This document shows positions 56,601 through 64,000 of a stretch of 64,000 bases of DNA, piece after piece. Location of the stretch: contig JBHGNT010000003.1 of NCBI GenBank assembly GCA_043228905.1, positions 25,358,001 through 25,422,000 on the forward strand. Direction: 5' to 3'. This DNA is from Azolla caroliniana. Taxonomy: Eukaryota; Plantae; Polypodiophyta. The translations under genes were made by a program, and so were the position numbers. The first letter of the stretch is position 1. Each line of letters starts with the position of its first letter. The notes under the pieces are model-generated. The model was not told the DNA's origin, ran no database searches, and saw only the letters and a program-made list of their open reading frames with translations.

Positions 56601-56755
56601 ATAACTTTATCCACAACTCATTCCCAGGCATAAATCCTCTCACAGCATGCTTTGCAAGAAGGGCCTTACTTTGGAGCAGAGGATCTATTAAGCCAAGTTC
56701 ATGCAACATTTGCAACAACCCTTGATCCCATGGGGGCACCCCAAATAAAATTTAC
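53613..56755 (-). mobile_element. 5'-truncated L1/Tx1-like LINE (3.1 kb) with 17-bp TSD
   Basis: TSD AAAAGTTAATGTATTTT at 53596-53612 and 56756-56772. Reads NFIWG...ELGLIDPLLQSKALLAKH (post-RT region), then CCHVQEESLKHLFWTCNVARQYW (zf-RVT), with frameshifts and stops. The tail is (AAAAAT)n. Confidence 0.9.
54000..54930. repeat. Degenerate tandem array (~120-180-bp units, ~6 copies) in the LINE 3'UTR
   Basis: Recurring caccatcatcactcatccttatc.aaaaacat...gcttc.tcaagtccacatcaaccatctcgccgaatac. Confidence 0.75.
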
Positions 56756-58491
56756 AAAAGTTAATGTATTTTGATCATGTTGTTCATAAGTATGGTCACA
56801 AAAAACACGTTTTCATGCAACACTACCCCCATTGATATTTTTTTGATTCCATGCAAGAAAGTAGATATGTTGTTTGCCGCCCATTGTGGATCTATTGGCT
56901 TGGTCACATTAATGATCCTAATTCTTATTATGTCTCGCCTTATCACATATCCATATAAAAACTTAGTTTTGTTTCAATGAACCTCACATTCTAATTTAGA
57001 GAAAATGATTGAACATTGTATGATACATGAAGCTAAACAACACTCATCCATATCGAAAAAGATTGCATTAATACATTTCGTGATGTTATACAAGTCTTTA
57101 TTATGTGCATGGTTGTAATAAGATCTATATTGTGCAAGTTGGATACTTATCAAAGATGATGTGTTATAGAGAACATTGATCATTTGTTGTATGAAAGAAC
57201 ACAGATGATGCAAAACAAAGTGATAAAGTTTGACATGTGCAAATCCCCTATTGCATCCCCTCACATATTCAACTATCACCCTTCACTCTCGACATGTTTT
57301 TCACATTAATCTCAACTTCTCAGCAAATTTCTTTAGATGATATCTACAAGTGCAATTATAATTGGAAAACAATGTTACAATTTCACAAGGTGAAAGTGCA
57401 TGGAAGTTAAATCTATTCGAACCATTCTTGAATAGATTACATTGTCCTAATAGCCCTTGTACATGGAAACTTTTCACTAACTTGACATTGTGACATGGAT
57501 GGGGAATACTTGGAATAAACACTTTCATGGTGTAAACAAAGGCTTTCTAGATAACCACAACTATTGTTGTGATTTCAATCACTTTCGAGAAGATCAACAA
57601 CTTTGAAGCATATGATGTATTAAATATCACAAGGTGTTGTGATATGTATTCATATGAACGTGCTGCATCAAGGCAAAAAAATGATACTAAGACAATGTCA
57701 TTCTTTAAATCAGATCACATAATGACGAAAAGGAGGACATGAGGGGGAGTATTCGTAATGCGGATTGATGTCATTGTAGATTCAAAGCTTGCTTAGAAGA
57801 GGCATAACTTTTTGAGACACACATTTACACGTAATATATTATGTGTATTCATTCATTCATATCGATATAATAAAAGTTACTTTTTTCTCTCACGACGATA
57901 TTATTTACAATGGAATGTACCTTGGGATTTCGATGGAATTCTCCGAAAGAATAATAGCATATTTATTGACATATATCAACATACGTGAGGTTATGTGACT
58001 TTAAATTGCTAAACGGGTTGTTGAATTTGTTAGCTTCCTCCTTGGGGGCCTGACAAATTTCATGCCCATCTTAATAAGCACAGACATGGCATGCACAACG
58101 TGTACGTAGAACATCCATCATATAGTTTTAGCATTTTGGTGGACAACATAAATCATGCAATCCTTGTGAACATATCTACTTGAAGATTTGTTTGCAACGT
58201 CCTACAATATGCATGCGACGATAAATGAGGGTAAAATGTCCTAGCCAAAATATAGCCTATAATGTGAATGGAATGATATTTGAGCCCTAAGGTCTAAAGT
58301 TTGAATAGAAATAAAAGGATATATACTTAAATTTCATGTAAATCAAAGGAGAGGGAGTTATGATACATCTATAATTATGCATGATTTTATAACGAGATGA
58401 TTTCAACCATATGATATGTAGAGTGAATCAAGTGAGTCTAGCAAGTTGAATGAGCCCTATTTATGAGCCAATGTGAAACTTGTTTCATTCA

Positions 58492-58886
58492 TTTTTGGGA
58501 GACAATATCCTTCCATTATTTAACAATAATCCTCACATTGAGGACAATCTCCTTTCATGAGGTGGTTTTGGCCATTTAAATACACAAGGTGATTGAGTCA
58601 TGTCATCGAATAAGAACTATAAACATGCGAGATAAGAAAATAAAAATACCCTAAACATGTTGATGACAAGGAAGAAAATTTGAACAAAAGGCCTATATTG
58701 TCATCTTGAACTTGATGATGTTGTTGCGCCCAACTTTGTTGTTTCTTTCATATGTTTTTGGGAGACAATATCCATCCATCATCTCAAAATGATCCTCACA
58801 TTAAGGACAATCTCATTTCATGAGGTGTTTTTGGCCATTTAAATACATATGGGGGGGGATTGAGTCATGTCATAGAATAAGAACTA
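58492..58886. repeat. ~125-bp direct duplication
   Basis: tttttgggagacaatatcc...ttggccatttaaatac...gattgagtcatgtcat.gaataagaacta at ~58492 and ~58755. Confidence 0.85.
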
Positions 58887-59368
58887 AACAAGATGCCTAT
58901 ATTTTCATCTCGAACTCAATGAGATCGTTGCTCCCAATGTAGTCACCAAGGTTAGACTTGTGGTGGTCAATACTCATAGGATGCACATCTAGATTTGATG
59001 AGTCATTGAATGGTTTCGTTAACGATCCCATGTACATAACTAGTAATAGATGAATGCTTTAACAAATGTACATGCTTTTGTGATAGTTGCAATTGCTCCA
59101 ACGCTCATTTTTTCTGAATAAGTTTTTCAAATATTTAAATGTAATGTAAGTAGGTGAAATACAATTCAGAAATCATAGTTTCTTGGTGATACATTGTCCC
59201 AACTAACATTTACCTACATTGTTGCTCATTTGTTACACACAAATGCATGACCTTGATGATGTTTTCTTCTTTCCCCTTTACATTTTCACATTCACTTTTA
59301 GAAGAATCGTTTAATGTAACATGTAATCTTCTCTTCATGATATTGTTTCCAAAAACAATACTATCAAC

Positions 59369-59642
59369 CATAGTACGTAAAATTCGTGTTCGTCTAGTAT
59401 AACATTCGTTTTCCTACGTTGGAAAACGAATGCGAATGTTATTCAAACATTCTTGTGTTTTTTTTTGTTTTTTTCCCATTTTTTTAATGTTTTTTTTTTT
59501 CATTTTTAGGCTTATCTACCTCATAATAAATAGTTAATCCAAAAGTATGGTATTTATCATTCTTTGAGGGTGTTTTTCTTCGCGAATGATTGAACCATTC
59601 GCGAATGCGAGTGCACATATGGTACATATGGTTCATACTATG
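59369..59642 (+). mobile_element. hAT-type MITE (274 bp)
   Basis: Termini CATAGTA...TACTATG. 8-bp TSD CTATCAAC at 59361-59368 and 59643-59650. The subterminal cgtaa.attcgtgttcgt is shared with the 49737 element. Confidence 0.85.
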
Positions 59643-61639
59643 CTATCAACCATACATATTACTCATATTTATATACGTATTGTTCAAGGTTACCTTGTAA
59701 TATAGATAGATAGATATACATATAGATAATTCACGAACATTGTTTTATTGTGTAAACAGATGTTTCCTTTACTTTGCAAAGGATGGTAACGTAAGAAAAA
59801 TAAACATGAGAGATAAAACATAGACACGGAAAGAAGGCTATACTAATTGTCTATAAGTTTTCATCTGCTCGAATTTTATGATCTCCTAAGACGATAAGTC
59901 TTTAGTCCATCTAGCCGCCACACATGTTTTTATTATACTCAAAATGTCCTCTTTTTGAGCTTTCCCATTTCTAATGTACCTTTTTGAGGATGTTGTCCAA
60001 ACAAAACACCATATTTGACAAGTCAATTCCTTTCTCCGTCTAGGGATGAGTTGAGCCCACATATGAATAAACAAATAAGCATTGTTTCAAATCCCCAATA
60101 CCTTGTAGATAATGAGAGAAAGGGTCTTCAACATAAACACTGATCTGTTTAATTCACACTCGTGCACCATCAAAACTTTTAAATAACATAATGTTGCTTT
60201 TCATGGCTATATCATTGTGACTTGGAGTTAGAAAAAGTAAAACAAATAGGTAATACCAAAACATAATGTTTTTCATCGGCACATTCTACGATATATCTTT
60301 GAGAAGACATTCACATAAGAAAATATTACATTAAAGTACTATACAACCGATTCGTAGGAGAGCTCAAAGAGGTGCTCCCATTGTAGTTGCAAACTTGACC
60401 TCGATATCCCTATGTTGTAGATCAATGAATGATGTGACACAATTCTTGACTGAATGAGACCAATTGAATTAGGAGGTAGAAATTTTGTATCCAACTATAA
60501 GTGGAATGCCATAGCATTCACTAGACTAATCTTTCTCTCTATCTCTAATTATGTTACATGATGAGAAATGCAAATTAGTTGAGTTGTCACATGAATAAAT
60601 TAGGTTCGTTTGATTGGATGGATTATTAGCATCGGGTGCTTGCTTTGGTACAAACTCCTCGTGGCACACAAAGGCATATGAGAATTATCAAACATTACAA
60701 TTATTGATTATTTTTGCAAACCAATTTATTGTTCACTCCTTATCGACTCGATCTTAGGAAACAAAATTTCTTTTAACATAAAAGATGTTGACACACAGAA
60801 TTGACAAAACACCTACTCAATTATTAGGCATTAGAAACTCTAAAAATCAAGGCAGAAATTGACGAAACACCTACTCAATTAATAGGAATTGAAAACACCA
60901 ATAAATAAGGGGAAAATAATAAACATAAAGTTTGCCCATTTGTATTACCTTGGTAAGCATTGAAAAACATTTGTTTTAAGAATACCCGTGAAAAAATGAA
61001 TGACTTCAAAGCTACATTTAAGAAATGAGAAAGCACAAAATGAAATTCTTGTGATTAAAAAACATTGGTTTTAAGTCTCCAATGACCTAGATAGATAGAT
61101 TATATACATAGATGGGGTTATCGTACTTTGATGCCAAATATGACCTACAAGAACGAACATTAAAATATGTCACCCAATGTGAACATTAATTTGGTATAGG
61201 ACAGATGTTGCATATTGCATGTTTGATGGATGTGGTATGTAGTATGTAGTATGTAGTGTGGATGCAAATGATGGTTTTATTAGTACCCGAAACCTTTATA
61301 CTAGTCAAAGTTGTCATACATGAATGGAGAGAGGGGATGGCAAGAGGTTTAATGTTGGTGGAAACACCAATTTCCAAATTACCATTAGTAGATTCAAGAT
61401 GTGGATGCTCTTATGATATCACATGATACCCTTTTTTTCCCTTGACATATCACATGATACCCTTGCATGTTTCCCACCGTTGTTTCTTATGAACATAACA
61501 TGCCGCGACTTAATACTCCCATGACGAAAGCAAAACCTAAACAAAGAGGCAACAACATTCTAAATAATGTTGAAATCAAGTTCAACCAACTTTGTCTGCA
61601 ACATGAAGTTTTTAGAGACCTTGACAAGGGGCAAAGGAA

Positions 61640-61850
61640 GATGTGTTTCAAACACTCTAACTACAGATGTGGTCTCATGGAATGCAATGATGATAGAGCT
61701 TATAGAACATGGATGTTTCGATGAAACACTAACTTGTTTTCACATGTTGGAGATTGACGGTATGGTCCCCGATGCTGTCACCTTTATATGTGGTCTCCTA
61801 GTTTGTTGTAGCGAAGGTGTTATTGGCAAAGGCTGAGAGTTGTATTCATG
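61640..61850 (+). pseudogene. Isolated PPR gene fragment (~1.5 motifs)
   Basis: TDVVSWNAMMIELIEHGCFDETLTCFHMLEIDGMVPDAVTFICGLLVCCSEGVIGKG* with no further PPR motifs on either side. Confidence 0.75.
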
Positions 61851-64000
61851 GATTATAATTATCCTTATCGTGCCAAATGCCATCGCTTATATTTGGGCCT
61901 TTCTTTGATGATATATACTTGTGGAGATGAAACAAACATTATATACTATTTGTATAGTGCCTCTGGCCTTTTTAATTTTAATACCAATGAAGCATATTTT
62001 TTATGGAAAAAAAATATAAAAAATGTTGGAAACAATTGAGGGATAATATACATTATATATCTCGACAATACAACATTCACCCTACGGCACATGCAAATGT
62101 GGAGTCACAAATCACAAAGGCAGCATGTTGGATATGACATTGATAGTGGGCTAAAAGATTGTCCACTTTGTTCGCAAAACACGAGCTTTGGTTTCCCCCT
62201 CCCATTAGATGAACGAGAGGCTTGAAAGACATGGCATGTGGGATAGTGAATGTAGGTGATATGCATGAAAGGATGGCTAGAGCCATATGTGAAAGTGTAA
62301 GATAAATAAGCAAGATCTCTTGTGTAGGATAGGATAGTCTTGGCTTAGGCTTCCCGAGAAAGGGATCGAGTTTGTGTATATTTTAACTAAAGGAGTATAT
62401 TCTTTTTTGGAAAAAAAAACAAGAGCTTTGGTTCTTTGTTGAGCTTTATGTATGCAACCAAAGGAGTAGGTGCACCTTATTGTTCTACATATGGAATAAC
62501 TCAATACTAGGGAAGTTTTGGTTGAAGCTTCCTGCAATAAATTTCCATGAATCATGTATGTTACCAAAACTCCACATTTATCATGTATAATAGGACAATG
62601 TTAAAGTTGCTCAATAAAAACATAAAAACTTTTGTCAGTGATTCCATTCCAATATCATCAAAAAGGTGAGAAATGATATAATCTACATCATCTTCATCGT
62701 TTGCTACCCATGATAATTGCTCAAGATTTCAAAAGTTTTTTTGCATAGAATGTTGTTGATTAATCGTCTTGCCTCGATAACTCACGAACTACTTAGTTTC
62801 CAAGGTTATTTCTCCAATGGTGTATTATTTATTTATTTTTGTCCAAAAAACACTAATTCGCATTAGTTAGCAAACAAAGTACGTAAAAGACGAAAAAATT
62901 TCAGCAAACGTCACTTTGGCCTTCTCGCCAAAGTGATCATAGTTCCCACCTCATTTACAACAAAAGTATCCCAACAACTCCTATAACCTAGTAATTAACT
63001 TGTGCCACATCTATACATATTTACAACTCCTAGTCACTAATGGGAGCCATTGGCGGAAACAACCATCTGGGTGCTTGGTAGTTCCATTTAGGCCCTTATG
63101 ATGATCTGACCACCATAGGAGAACTACCCCATTTCAGCAGAAACTTTGACTGAGCTCTTTCTCCTGCATCTGATTCCCCAATGGTGTATTTACTATTGTC
63201 TTTACCATTATTATTAAACTTTGTTGGTTATATTTTTAATATAAGATTAAAAACATAGAGATAGAGAACGATCTTAAGGCTAAATATGCACCATTTATTT
63301 CCATTTTCACTTGTAGTGCTTCACATAAACGAACGTTGATCAATGGCTTGCCAAAATCAAAGTTCCTATGTGAGAGAATAATGATCATAAAGGTGGACAA
63401 CTTTCTCTCTTCGCTTTTATTTTCTTCTTATCACAACATGATTCTTTCCATCTCTTTAAGTTCTTAGACTACTAGCCCTAGGTCTTGGGTTTGAGGCCCA
63501 AATTTCTCACCTATGTGTTACCAATTGAGCTACATCCATCTTGGTTGTGTGTGTGTTGCTCTAGTCTCTCCCGAGGACATTTTAATTCATGGCATCATAG
63601 ATGGGAAAGTGAAACACCTAATCCCTTGGAAATGTGATTGGGAGTTATTTAGTATGCATATGGCATGTTGTGAATCAATGCTTATGGGGCACATAGAGTT
63701 AGAAAACTACGTGTCTCTCACTTAAGAGAAAGGGCTATTGTATGCGTAATATTTGATGAAACACAGACAATGATAATCCTTGAAAATATTTCCATCTACC
63801 TCGTGAGTACAAAATGTGTTGTATGCGAAGATCCTATCCTTCAACAACAATATGTCATTGCAAGCAATATGGGGAGGAAAAACATTTAAGCTCAAGGACG
63901 AGGGAGAAGATGTAAAGGCAATCAGGGAAACAAGGTTGTTAAATTAATGGGAACTTGTGAACAATGGAACTAACTCACATCTTCTACGATTATGTTTCAC

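Noticed and set aside
63478-63540. tRNA-like A-box (TAGCTCAATTGG, minus strand) near a B-box-like motif
   Set aside because: The two boxes are on opposite strands and no cloverleaf forms.

Overview
This is eukaryotic nuclear DNA from a land plant. The PLS-type PPR style, the 18S variant and the LINE type suggest a fern or other non-angiosperm, but that is inference. The window is gene-dense, with about 8 intact genes. In order they are an intronless PLS-E PPR gene (+), a 3-exon SERF/4F5 gene (-), a CNBP/GIS2-like CCHC zinc-knuckle gene (+), a 12-exon cytosolic GAPDH (+), a 6-exon conserved hypothetical gene (-), a DUF616/MUCI70-like glycosyltransferase (+), an 11-exon WDR53-like WD40 gene (-) and an intronless conserved hypothetical gene (-). 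I reconstructed the exon boundaries by hand from splice signals and reading-frame continuity. Two minor-spliceosome (U12) introns are present: an AT-AC intron in SERF and a GT-AG intron in the WD40 gene. The rest of the window contains a ~400-bp 18S rRNA fragment with a 13-bp direct repeat and templated filler, four 5'-truncated LINE copies (two with clear TSDs), two related hAT non-autonomous elements with 8-bp TSDs, a PPR relic, a probable decayed multi-exon gene and many tandem duplications. I found no CRISPR array, prokaryotic system or intact autonomous transposon. I cannot claim a clearly new biological system. The best candidates are the unannotated domains shared by the LINEs, the 18S insertion mechanism, the U12 introns and gene-specific minisatellites in 5' introns.
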